A stretch of DNA of 64,000 bases from Octopus vulgaris (Eukaryota): contig OX597832.1 in the NCBI GenBank assembly GCA_951406725.2, forward strand, positions 36,270,001 to 36,334,000, given 5' to 3'. This document shows, piece after piece, positions 50,646-63,180 of the stretch. Position 1 is the first letter of the stretch, and each line of letters begins with the position of its first letter. Position numbers and translations under genes: made by a program. The notes under the pieces are model-generated. The model had not been told where the DNA came from and searched no databases. It saw only the letters and a list, made by a program, of their open reading frames with translations.

Positions 50646-51348
50646 CCAACACTGACATTGCTGTAGACCAAGTAGTGACATGACCATCCAGCTTGACATA
50701 TTCAATCATTTAGCGGTATGTATGTTTTAGTGTGTGTGTGTGGGGGGGAGTTAGTGCATGTCAGTGTGTGTGTATGTGTGTGATAGAGAATTCTGTGAAT
50801 TTCAAGCCTTCATTAAGATTCTTTTGAGTCACATAAGGTTTGCAGACTCATTTAAAAAAAAAAAAAAAAAACACGGCTTCAAGTCCTCTTCCTCCTCATA
50901 ATCATCATCATCACCATCAGCAGCAGCAGAAGCAGCCTCATCCTCATCATTTATCATCTGTTTTCTATGCTGGCATGGGTTGGATGGTTTAACAGGAGCT
51001 GGGAAGGCCAGGAGCCACACCAGGTTCCTTACTTTTGATATCTCATGGGGAAACTAGTACCTTGTTGACATTTTGGTCACCTGCTGATGTGGGTGACACC
51101 TTGCACATTGTTGTAGCATAATCAACATTTAATATTTTAATGGAGTTTGGGGGCTACCTCAATTGTCTTAGGGATCAGATATTTAGTGACAATCTCCCGT
51201 TCCTGGATAGTGAATGAATATTCACCTCAGTGAGATGTGATGTGTCTTCCACAGACCCAGAAGAGACATTTCTTCCTTTCATGTTGTTGAGATCTTCCAG
51301 TTTGCAGGATATGTACCCATGCATAACTTTCTGTTGGTGTGAGTATTT

Positions 51349-51420
51349 CACCTACCTGCATGTGGACAACTAGGTTAGTCCACCTACCTGCATGTGGACA
51401 ACTAGGTTAGTCCACCTACC
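51349..51420. repeat. Perfect 32-bp tandem duplication (2.25 copies)
   Basis: cacctacctgcatgtggacaactaggttagtc x2, then cacctacc. Confidence 0.97.
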
Positions 51421-53934
51421 CTGTGCTTACATGAAACAACTGTACATTCAGGGCACCCATTCAAGAATTCTTCACCTACTCCCAAAATACTATTTTCACT
51501 GCTTAGTATTCATGTAATGAACTCATTTCTCTACTGTTTAGAAACCAAATCAGGGGATCTCAACCAGTTTCATGCTTAGGGGCCCCTTTGGTTCCTGTTT
51601 TACTTCACTGGACTTTCATAGCCATTCAATGAGTATAAAAAAACATCCTGCTGTATTTTTATAATTAAATATTGCTTTCAAATTTTGACACAAGGCCTGC
51701 AAGCTGAGGGGAGAGGTGAGTCAATTACATCACTCCACCCAGTGTTTAACTGGGGCTCATTTTATTGACCCGAAATGATGAAAAGCAAAGTCATCTGCAG
51801 CAGAATTTGAATTCAGAATGTAAAGATGGGCGAAATGCTGCTAAACCTTGTGCCCAGAATGCTACTGGTTCCGCCTGCCCACTTGCCACCTTCTGTTTTA
51901 TAATTAGATATTATTAGGAATTTACAAAAAAACCCCATAAATTTTCAAGTGTTTTTTATGGGATAAATGTGTTTATGGGGAGAAAAATATTTAGAAACCT
52001 AAATACATGCGAGAGTGAGAAAGAAACAAGGAAGGTGGTCTTGAGATGTGCTAGAAGCAACAGCCAAATCTCCCTTAAATCATAGTTTTTCCTCTGAAAA
52101 TAATTAAAAGTTTTATTTTAATATCAAAAAGGCTCCCCCAAAAAATAATCATGAAGATCAGTCGGTTGGGAGATGGAGTAAAAAAAATGAACTTCTATGG
52201 TTTTCTTGATCAGTCTTTTTTCAAAACTCCCCTCTCCGCCCCCTCGGAGAACATTTTATCCACAAATTTCTTTAGAATCGTAATGAATGCCATTTCAAAG
52301 ATAACTGTATAAACTTGCATTAAAAAATACCCAGTTATGAGGGAAAAAATGGGGCCATGTGAATTTTCTGAAACTCCACTCCACACCCACTCAAAATAAT
52401 TCTTTCCCGTAAATTTATATATACTCTGAATGTACCGTGTCTAAGTGGGATTTGTTGAGAATTTCATGAAAAAGTAACCATCTTTTTTGGAAGTTATGTT
52501 GCCATGGGGGGGGGGGGCGAATCTGCAGTTATGCCTGAAAACCTGTTGTCGCTCTCATCAAAGCAGAATCATTTGATCATCCTCATACAACTTCACAATT
52601 TACTTGTGTAATTATTTTCACGAATCTCTTCTCTTTCACTAACGAAGTTCCACTTGAACCTACAGTCTGACTACAATTCCATCATTATGTAACTTTACCA
52701 TTTAAAGCCATAATAAAATCAGTATAACCATGATGACCGTTCCTTAACACCTGTATGTCTTTCAGATTCCTGTGCTACCAACTCAAACTCAAACAACATT
52801 TATTTCACCTTCCTACAATGACCCCCACCACCCCAAGTTCCATTCCTGGCCATGTTCAATACAATCTAAGTGAATAACTTTCAATATTCAGAGTACAATT
52901 TTGGCAGTTTTTTTTCAACCCAGTCAATGATGAGTGTTTCTGCTAGTATGCAATATTCTCCTCAATTCCAAGATACTTGTAGCATTCATTGCAATATGTA
53001 TGTATGTATATATGCATTATGTACTTACACATGTATGTACTTATGCATGTATGCATGTATGCATGCATGCATGTATGCATATACATATATATACCTACAT
53101 GTCTGTGTGAATACACACACACACACATTTGTATGTCAATGTGAATGGAACAATATGCACATGTATTTCAATGAGAACTTTTAAGTACCAGCTTTGTTAT
53201 CCGAAGATAATTGCTATTTTGTTTACTTGACAACCTGTTGTTGTCTGAAGCAAAGAGAAAGCCAGCCATAACACAAATATCAACCCACACCATCAACCAT
53301 TGTCAAACTGTAGAGACATTTTCTCAGAAACCTGAAGTTATTTAATCAATAAAATTGACTGAGTATTGTTTAAAAAGGCCAACTAAATCTTATTGATTAA
53401 AATCTATGAAGAGAAAAGTTCTCTTGACAGGGATCTAATGAATTTATCCCGTTGTTTTGGCAGACAATAGAATAACCTACCACAGAAGACATATTGTAAA
53501 CGCTTGTGTATCTTTTATGGAGACTTCCCTCTTTTAATACTGTTTAATCTCCCCCCCACCACCTCTCTCACTTTCTGCTTTACCATCTTTCTTCTTGTCT
53601 ACTTACACTCTTTCCTGTTCTCTTTATTCTCTCTATCCCCCTCTTGCACACACTTTCTCTCTCATTTGTTCTCTCTTGTATCTCTCTTTTTTGCTTCTCT
53701 GTCTGTCTCTGTTTATCTCTCTGTCCTGGTATCTACACAGCTTCATGTCTACCCACCTGTCTGTCTGTCTGTCTATCTGTTGGACTTCACACGTGTGCAC
53801 TCACACACTCACAAACACACATGCATTCACAAACACACACACATACACATGAACACACTTCCACATTGACTATTTAAAATTCTTATGACAAGTGTGTGGA
53901 TGTATACTGGTGTGCACATATTTGTGTGTGTGTA

Positions 53935-54575
53935 CATCATCATCATCGTTTAACGTCCACTTTCCATGCTATCATGGGTTGGACGATTTTGACTGAGGGT
54001 TGGCGAACCAGATGGCTGCACCAGGCTCCAATCTTGATTTAGCAGAGTTTCTACAGCTGGATGCCCTTCCTAACGCCAACCACTCCAAGAGTGTAGTGGG
54101 TGCTTTTTACATGCCACTGGCACGGGGGCCAGTCAAGAGGTATTGGCAATGACCTCGCTCGAATCTTTTTACACATGCCACCGGCACAGGTGCCAGTAAG
54201 CCGACGTTGGTAACTATCACGCTCGAATGGTGCCTTTTGATGTTCTACCGGCACGGAAGCCAGTTGGCTGCTCTGGCAACGATCACGCTCGGATGGTGCT
54301 CTTGGCACCCTACTAGCACGGGCACAAGTGCCAGTAAGGCGACGCTGGTAACGATCACACTTGAATGGTGCCCTTTTATGTGCCACTGGCATAGAAGTTG
54401 GTCAGCCACTCTGTCAACAATCATGCTCGTATGGTGATCTTTGCACCCCGCTAGCACAGATGCCAGTCATCGAATTTGATTTTAATTTCACTTGCCTCAA
54501 CAGGTCTTCGCAAGCAGAATTTAGTGACCAAAGAAGGAAAAGGTACGCACAAGCGGGCTGGTTCAACATCCTTAA
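53935..54575 (-). mobile_element. RTE-type 3' UTR/tail element with ~6 internal tandem units
   Basis: (cat)n tail, cgtttaacgtccactttccatgct.gcatgggttggacg, and repeated gccac.ggcac..gtgccagtaag.cgacg.tggtaac.atcac.ct.gaatggtgcc units. Same family as 29458-29865. Confidence 0.88.
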
Positions 54576-56674
54576 GTCTTGGACTAAATAATTTTTTCTA
54601 ATTTTGTCACAAGGGAGCAATTTTGAGGAGAGGGAGCAAGTCACATCAACCCCAGAACTTCAATGTTACTATATTTTATCAACCCCAAAAGAGTGAAAAG
54701 AAAAGTTGACCTCAGCAGAATTTGAACTCAGAACATAAAGAGTTGGAAAAAATGCTACTAAGCATTTTCCCCAACATAGCAACAATTCTGCCAGCTCATC
54801 GGCAGATTTAAAAAAAAAAATTTTTTATGCTAAATAACTAAATAATAAAAAGTCAACTCGTTCCAGGATTAAAAGCAGTAAAGATTCAAGTTGTTATTTC
54901 TCTTCTTTAAAATTTGAAATTATTTCTAATGAGGTTAATTAATTGAAAGAGGGTCCTTTATTGTTGAGTTGCAGCAGAACCCAGTTCTCAATTTATATTT
55001 CAATATAACAATAATTTTTTTTTAATGTTTCTTAATTAAGATACCTGTTTAATGGCTTCCTCCAGCTGTTGATGTCATACTGTTCTGGTTGCTGCTGTTG
55101 GTGTTATTGTTGTTGTTAATGGTGGTGGTGGTGGTGATCATCATGGTTTGTTCCTGTTGTTGCTCCTGCAAGATATTACCAGTGGGGCTGTTGCTACTGT
55201 TTCTGTAGTTGATGTTATCCACTTTGTTGCTAATGCTTTTTGTTACTGTCTCTGGTAAATGGTAATGGTTTTGCAATGAAAGTTAGCAACGAAGATAGTT
55301 TAAAATATGAAGGTTCATAGTCATAGTGTGGGTTATCAATGAAAGTTAGCAAAGAAGAATAGCAATACAGATAAAAATAAAGATTAGCAATGAAGGTAAA
55401 TGGTGAAGGTAAATGGTGAAAATTATCAGTGAAATTTAAGTCTCCAAGCCCAATAGAATCGTTAGCACACAGGGAAAAAATGTGCCATTTCATCCATTTT
55501 TATGTCCTGAGTTCAAATTCCACTGTAAGTTGATAAAATAAGTGCCGAGGTCGATGTAATCAACTTAGCCCCTCACTTGAAGTGACTGACCTTGAGGCAA
55601 AATTTGAAATCAATATTTAACAGTAAAATAAAAGATAAAGTTATGGTTTGCACGTTAGCAATAAAGATTACTGTGAAGGTTAGTAATGAAGGGATGAATG
55701 TGAACAGAATTTTACAAGTAAAATATAACATCAAGTTTTGGCAGAAAAGATTAGCCATAAAATTCGCCACTGAATCATGACAGGGGGAGTTAGTTTTGCA
55801 ATGATATGTATTGGAGAATGAGGACACCAATATATGCTATAAAAACTTAAGTAGTGAAAGAAGTCAACCCATGTGTTACTTTAGTAAAAATTAGAAGCAT
55901 AGATACGTTACTTCTGTGAATATTGATAGTTATTGCAGCTGTTAATATTCATTCTCATGGAATTATTCTTCAGCAGGTTTGGAATTTCTTACTCTAACTC
56001 TAGAGTAATGAACCAAACACAAATACCATATTTGGCATAAATGCAATATTCAAATGCCTCTAATGGTTGACTAAGTGAATTAATGGTCCAAAATATTGCT
56101 CAGATAGCATTAAATGTATTCTATATAATTTATCTGTCAAGGAATATGGTTAGGAATTATAGCTGAAAACTAAGCAAAGATCTCTGAATATTGGGTCTAC
56201 AAAATATATTTGAATTCCAGTTGAAGTTTCATGTCATTTTAGTTACTTGAAGCCAAAGTACATGTGTTTCTATTGAAGACCAACAGGTGAGGGATATTAT
56301 GCATATACACAGGCATGCATGTGCACGTGCACACACACAAACACACCATCATCATCATCATCTTCATTAATCTTGCTTCCATGATTTGGCTATGAGAACT
56401 AGGGCACCAGTACTGTAAGCAGTGTACTCTGTCTTCCCAATCAATTATTTAAATATAATAAATGCGCACTGAAGAATTCCTTACATAGACCCTGCGACTA
56501 AAGTGCAGTACCGTAGATGATGCCTGGTGGCCGTATGTGGTGAATGTGCTCTCGAGGCACACTACTAGGGACATATCCAAAACAAGGTTTGGGTACCACA
56601 TTTTGAAGTCTCCTATCTAAACTTTAATTTAAAATATAACCTATATATATATGTATGTATATATATATAAGACC

Positions 56675-56817
56675 AGCTTCTTTCAGTTTCTGTTAACTAA
56701 ATCCACTCTTAGGACTTTGGTCAGCCCAAAGTCAGAGGTATCAAGATGCTATTCTGTGGGACTGAACCCAGACCCATATAGTTGGAAAGCAAGCTTCTTA
56801 TCACACAGCTATGCCTG
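56675..56817 (-). mobile_element. Family A SINE head
   Basis: gcttctttcagtttctg...aaatccactc...gtgggactgaaccc...ggaaagcaagcttctta.cacacagc.atgcctg. Confidence 0.8.
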
Positions 56818-59284
56818 TTAAATGCCAAATGGTTACAATGACGGTTAAAGTTCTTTTGACAAATATTCATATTGATATTGTGACACTGACAACATCATGA
56901 TGAATAACTAAATTGAACACCTTCCAGTTTTTATTCAAATGTAAATTAATGTCTAGCATGAAATAACAAATCCATTTTATATATACATATATGAATATGA
57001 ATAATAATTTGATTGGATGATAAAAATTGGGAATAAAAATATATTTTGGAGAATGCTTTATATACACCATGTATATAAATCTCTCTCCCTTTTTGCATTT
57101 TATATACTAGAATGAAATTAGGCAAACATGCCTCATTGAGCATCTGTTGTCAGTGTGGATGGATAACAAATTAGAACTGAGCTGAGAAGAAAACTGGCCA
57201 AAAGAGGAATCGGACATTGTGTGTGTAAGGGAGCATACTGCACTGGTAGAGACATATAATGGGAATTGTGCAAAGAGATATCAAGTGGAAGGAACCTATG
57301 GGAGTGGAAGGCAAAAGGCAAGAAATTGTAAAGGCTGGTCTCAGAATACGGAACCTGACAAAGAGGATAACAATGGGATAGAATAAGTGGCATAATGCTG
57401 AGCTGGAAAAGATCTGTTCATCCATGCAAGCAAAAGTAGACTTGGAAAGTAGACTTAAAATGTTGAAGATGATGATGATGATGATGCTGACACATAGAGA
57501 GAAAGCAATGTGTATATCAATGTTAAAGCAGATATATCATTTAAAGTCTAATTAACTGCAGTATTCCTCCCAAGAAAGCACCTCTTATTTTCATACAATG
57601 TTGAAAACAGAAATTCATCAGTCGTAGATGTATGGTGGCTTTGCTAAATATTTATTTCTGCATCTTTGGGCTTCATCAGTAGCAAGTATGTTGTAGCAAT
57701 GGGAAGATGAGACAAAATCTATGATTACTGATGTAATAATAAAAGTAACTGAAAAATCCCTGATGTTGCAATTAGCCAGCAGTCTGAATAAAAGTCAGTT
57801 GTGTGCTACGCATATATTTTCAGTGTTTTTTTTTTAACACTGTACATATATAATAGATACTTTCTTGAGATGAATACCACAATTAGGCCTTCAGTGGTGT
57901 ACTTGCTTTGAGTATGATACACTGATTACTCATTCAAACTAATATCTTTCTGTTGCACATAACGAATGTATGTATGTAGGTATATATGCATGCATGCATG
58001 TTTGCATGTTATTTAATAACACTTTGGCTCACCTCCATGTAACCTAGTTTCATCAAATCCTGCAGATATAAGTAAATAAATAAATAAAAATAGCTAAAGT
58101 CAAATATGAATATCAATATGACAATGTTGGATTAAGTAGGTGGGCAGCTCAACTAGTTGCATTTGTCCAGGGAGAGAGAGAGAGAGAGAAGGGAGGTGAA
58201 ATTGCAGGTATGATAAAGAATGCCACCAGTGAAGGAGGGGGGATTTCCAGTGAGAGAAGAAAGATATCTGGTATTGGTGGTGGGGGGTGGGAATGGGTAG
58301 GTGCACTGCAAACAAGCAAGAGTTAATTTAAGAGATAGTAGAAAAAAATATGTAGCCAACTTGAGAACACAGGAGGGGAGGAGCGCTAAGGGTGTCAGAG
58401 AGATTTCATTTGGAAATTACTTGAAGAATTAAGGAGAAAACTAAGGCCGAGAGAGAGATTAGGAAGTTATATATTGAAGAGTGAAGAGTGAGAGAGAGAG
58501 AGAACCTATTCTGTTTAACCTCACTGAATGGAATTCTTGTTATTTAATCAAATTCAAGTAGAAGGTCATAAATCACAGCATCTTACTGTCCATCATCGTA
58601 AGCCATTGTGGTTATGTTACTCACGTAAGGGTGATATAATAAACTGATGCCAAAACAGTATTTTGCTGACAGAAACATTTTTATGTTGACATAAATTACA
58701 TTGAATCTCGTCTAAGATGTTTTGTTATTGAAAGGTATTGACATTGTTATTGGCTAAATAATGTATATTGACTTGATTATTGACTGATTGCTATCATATT
58801 GATATCTATTGAGATGATGGCTATTGGCTGAATCGGGTTTGAGACGTCTTGGCATTGCTGTTTTGGTGCTGCCTATTTAGCATCACATATTCCCTACTAA
58901 CTTATCTGACATCAGAGATTCTAACATTTTCCTCACTCTCTGCCTCCCACCTCTCTTTCTCTCCCTTTCTCTCTTTCTGTATATATCTGTGTACGTATGC
59001 AAGAGTGTGTGTGTTTGTCTGCCATGCCAAAAAATACTGTTGCCAAAACAAGCTCAATTTTCAAGCTGCTCTACTGATCCAAATTTCTTGAACTTTGCTT
59101 GTCTTTGGGCTTTTTGGTACTGCTGGTGAGAGTCATTGTGGTGTTGTGCAAGCCACACTTGACTTAAAAACCTTGCATGGGCATTGCTGACACAGGCTTC
59201 AAACAGCTACCATCTACAAAATTTCCTCACTTCGCTTTGGTCAACCCAGGCCCAAGTAGAGAATGCTTGCACATATTGCCACAC

Positions 59285-59483
59285 TGTTATAATCCTTAAA
59301 ATGTTGGATTGTTATAATGCCCACTTCAGTATACAGTATACTTAGTAAAGCCAGTAAAGACATGTCTATCTCTGATTGCCTACTATGTACTCTGGTACTT
59401 CACTTACTTCTCTTTACTTATAGTGACTAGGTTATTCCATTTGTCACGTGGGAGGGGTGTACCATTATTACTAATTCCCTACA
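59285..59483 (-). mobile_element. 3' LTR of a Ty3/Gypsy element (199 bp)
   Basis: On the minus strand a polypurine tract AAGGGGAGA (59484-59492) is immediately followed by TGTAGG...TATAACA. It lies downstream of the integrase remnant and interrupts a family A SINE head at 59284. Confidence 0.75.
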
Positions 59484-60362
59484 TCTCCCCTTGTAAGTTT
59501 TTCTTAGGAAGTGTCATTTTATTTAGCAATAATTTTTTTTATTCACCCCCACCTCTCTTATTTGAGTTTTTTTTTTTCATACAATTAAACTTTTTTTGCA
59601 CTTGGCATCTATTTTCAGGAACTTTGTATGTTTTCTTTTTCTCTCACTTGTACACCTGGGTTCAATCACCTGCAGTGGCGTTGGTACCTGGAACGTATCC
59701 TTCAGCTTCTTTTGCTCACTTTCCACAGATCTCTTTTTCAGTTGGTTCCTGTTTCTTTTGTATGCCTTTTTCACTTTTTACCCCATCATGCTAGCTATGC
59801 ATTTGGTTATTATGCCATCTTCCCAACTCTGCTTTCCATCCTTGTATGCCCACATATGCACCTTTTCACCAAATCTAAATAAATCTTGCTGTGTCCTCCC
59901 TGGAGCTTTTTGTTTTCTTGCCAGGTAGCAATTTATGAAAGACTTATTTTACTTTCCTCACAAGCATCAGCTCTGCAGGTGAGCTACCTGCTGGTGCATT
60001 CGGATTTGGTTCCACACAGTACACTCTTAAAAATTATTGTAGAGCTACCTCGTCCATGACTTCCTCATTTGATTTTCTAAAGGCTCTTTTGAAGGTATTG
60101 ACAAAGCATTCTGCCAATCCATTAGATCTGAGATGGCATGGTGCAGTAATTACCTGTTCTACTGTGAACATTTCACAAAACTTTTTTAATTCGCTAGACA
60201 CAAATTGCAATCCATTGTCAGAAACTATCTTGTCTGAGATGCGAAATCTTGCAAACAATTCATCTAAAAAATTTATCACTGTTGAGGAGGTTGGTTTTTT
60301 TACATTTACAAATTTCAGGCCATTTTAAGAAACTATCAACAACCACTAAGTCATAACAACTG
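59484..60362 (-). mobile_element. Ty3/Gypsy integrase remnant, 5'-truncated
   Basis: LVVVDSFLKWPEI..CKKPTSSTVINFLDELFARF...IVSDNGLQFVS.E...FC.......TAPCHLRSNGLAECFVNTFK...*FLRVY...PNP.....SPAELM is an rve core with D,D,E motifs and in-frame stops. Confidence 0.92.
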
Positions 60363-60424
60363 TTTAAATGATTAGCGAAATATGTAGTCTCAACCATGGG
60401 ACATCTACTTTGAACAATGTTTAC

Positions 60425-60690
60425 TTTTTATCATGGGCACAGCTTTTTAATATTCTCCCAAAGAGTCTGAGGAACTTGCACAAAGTAGATGTAGGGGTTT
60501 TTAAATCAAAGCTGGATCTCTTCCCAGATGAACCTACCTCATGGCAAGAGGTGCAAATGAGGGTAGCTATATCAAATTCCATGCTTCACCAAGTGCCACA
60601 TATTAGAAGAGGCTCTTAGTAATAACAGTGTAGCAAAACGGTGGTGCACCAGCATGGCCACAGCTCTGAGCTGAAACTAGAAAAAAAAAT
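60425..60690 (+). mobile_element. CR1/L2-group LINE 3' end
   Basis: AQLFNILPKSLRNLHKVDVGVFKSKLDLF-PDEP...SNSMLHQ (the FN.LP...FK..LD..L..PD.P pattern), then a short UTR ggtggtgcaccagcatggccacagctctgagctgaaac and an A-rich tail. Confidence 0.8.
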
Positions 60691-60920
60691 TTTTTTTCAT
60701 TTTGTTTTGGCTTACATACAGGTGTTCCACTCTATTTTACTGCAATGTTTTGTTTCAGTCCCTCAGCCACATTTGAATCTTTAACTGACCCAACAGAACA
60801 CTTACGGGCATATTCATACTTTGTATTATTGAGGATTAGGGAAATATTATTTGCACAGTTATTGTATAACAAAACAAGAAATTGGAAATAATACCAAAAA
60901 ATTTCCAATTTCCTATTTAG

Positions 60921-60965
<45 letters not shown>

Positions 60966-60973
60966 TATATATA

Positions 60974-61658
60974 TAAGAGAAAGAAAATGGAATTCAGAGA
61001 TTCTTTATTAGTCACTACAATTGTTTCAATTCATCATGCATCAATCCCTCATGGGTGAGATGCTGTACATATAGTTGTGGTGATGTGTCTTGTCAGGTGA
61101 CTTGTCAAAAGGTACCTTTTTTTTTAATCTTTGTTTTGCTTATTCTGATTACACATTTTGGTTGTTGTCTTTAACTTCTCACACACACAAGAAACTCGAG
61201 TTAAAAGGAAGAACACTTCTACTGTAAATAATAAATCCACTTACAAAGAATCAAAACTAAAATAAGCATAAAATAAATGTGAATCTCATAATATGCTTTA
61301 CACTGAGCATCTTATTTGATTCCTTTATCTATTCTATGCTTATTTTATTTTTGGTTCCTTGCAAGTTGGTTCTTTATTACTTAGACAAGAAGTAATCTTC
61401 ATTTTAACTCAAGTTTCTTGTGTCTGCGAGTAGCTACAGACAACTACCAAAATGTATTCTAATGGAAATAAGTGAAACAGAGATTTAAAAAGACAAGGTA
61501 CCTTTTAACAAGTCACCTGATGAGACACATCTGCACCAAATGATGCACCACAACTATTTATACAGAATTTCACCCATGAGGGCCCAACGCACAATGAGTT
61601 GAAATGATCGTAGTGATTAATAAAGAGTCTCGTAAATTCCATTTACTTTTTCTCATAT
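60974..61658. mobile_element. Long diverged fold-back element (~330-bp arms) next to (TA)n, with a hammerhead-like relic in each arm
   Basis: Collinear inverted blocks include gatgtgtct.gtcaggtgacttgt.aaaaggtacctt / aaggtaccttttaacaagtcacctgatgagacacatc and acacaagaaactcgagttaaaa / ttttaactcaagtttcttgtgt. The centre is at ~61300. Confidence 0.9.
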
Positions 61659-61828
61659 GTTATATACTCTACAGACATCAAGGAATTCCTGAAGTAAATC
61701 CAGTGGCATTTAAATCCACACTGATGATGGCATCAGGTCAGCGAATACAGTGAATGGGCTTCAAACAGCATATTACAAGGTGTACACCTGAATTTAAAAT
61801 TATTACTTATTGTAATATTTCTTGTTAT

Positions 61829-62183
61829 TCTTTTACTTGTTTTAGTCATTTGACTGTGGCCATGCTGGAGCACCGCCTTTAGCTGAACAAGGACTTAAGC
61901 CTAGTACTTATTCTATTGATATCTTTTGCCGAACCTCTAAGTTACAGGGATGTAAACACACCAACATTGGTTGTCAAGCAGTGCTGGGGCAACAACCACT
62001 GACACACAAATGTATACATATATATGATGGGTTTCTTTCAGTTTCTGTTTACCATATCTAATCACAAGGCTTTGGTCAGCCCGAGACTATAGTAGATGTT
62101 TGCCCAAGGTGTCATACAGTGGGACTGAACCTGGAACCATGTGGTTGGGAAGCAAGCTACTTACCTCAAGCCACACCTGCACC
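61829..62183 (-). mobile_element. Full-length tRNA-derived SINE, family A
   Basis: Same head, core and tail organisation as 40057-40486. Confidence 0.9.
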
Positions 62184-62395
62184 TATATATATGTGTGTGT
62201 GTGTGTGTGTGTGCTAGCAGAGTACAAGATGTGGTTTTAGTGTGGTTTGGCATCTATCTCTAGCTTGTTGGTATTGTTTATCATCACCCTTTATTATAAT
62301 TATATCTTTATAATTAAATATTAGTATTAATTGTTACCTATATGGTCTTTATTTCATGCTGGCCACTAGATAAGATCTCTATAATGATTTTATCC

Positions 62396-62431
<36 letters not shown>

Positions 62432-62443
62432 TATATTTAAATA

Positions 62444-62598
62444 TAAATAAGTGGAGAAACCACTAAGTGGATTCCTTGTATGCTAAAAATAGATATCAAA
62501 CCATCCTGCCACAAAACACATTTTTCATGGTAGGACAGTTTGGCGTCTATTTTTAGCATACAAGGAATCCAGTTAAGGGCATTTCCTCTGATTTATAT
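62444..62598. mobile_element. Fold-back MITE-like element in a microsatellite
   Basis: tggattccttgtatgctaaaaataga..tcaaac..tcct.cca pairs with tggtaggacagtttggcgtctatttttagcatacaaggaatcca. Confidence 0.85.
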
Positions 62599-62779
62599 GT
62601 GTGTGTGTGTAGAAAGATATATAGATAGATGTATGTGTGCTTGCATTATTGTTACCTTGCAAAGTAATTTTGTCAAGAGAAATAACTGAACTGAACTGAT
62701 CCCTCTTCAGTACCACATATCATCTCATCAATTCTTCTGGCAACAATGGAATTACACAAAGGAATTACCTGAATTGTTT

Positions 62780-63180
62780 CACTGGAACACAAATTCATGA
62801 AGGCAGATATTATTTTTGACAATGAAGCCAGGAAAACTCATCAATGTTGTGATGATTTCTAGTGTTAGCAATCAGCTTATTAATTTTCTATGATGCAACA
62901 AACCCATTTTCTAATTTCTGTGACATTTAACAATCAGCTTCAATTTTGGCCTTTTCTCAAAATTTCCACAGAGGTTTTTGAAGAAATTCAAGAGCTTATC
63001 TTTCTTATCTTGAGTGGAATTCAAGTGTTTTTTGTAATTCAATTTGCTCCTCCTCAGGCTTTCATTTGATAATGTAGATGTGCTGTTGAAGCACACAGGT
63101 AAAGACAGGTTCTACAGAGATGCATTGAAGCCATATCTTAAATATTCCACTGAATAATGCCAACCTTATTTTTGCAGCTG
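62780..63180 (-). mobile_element. hAT (SCAND3/ZBED8-like) transposase N-terminal remnant
   Basis: The minus strand reads YSVEYLRYGF...LPVCFNSTSTLSNESL...KKHLNSTQDKKDKLLNFFKNL..NFEKR, then KLIANTRK. This matches the YS.EYL.YGF...P.C..C...LSNE.MKPS.L..HL...H...K.K...FF zinc-finger region. Confidence 0.75.

Noticed and set aside
62971-63097. Plus-strand exon-like segment (ttccacag|...cag|gtaaag)
   Set aside because: All three frames have stops, and the minus strand is a hAT transposase remnant.
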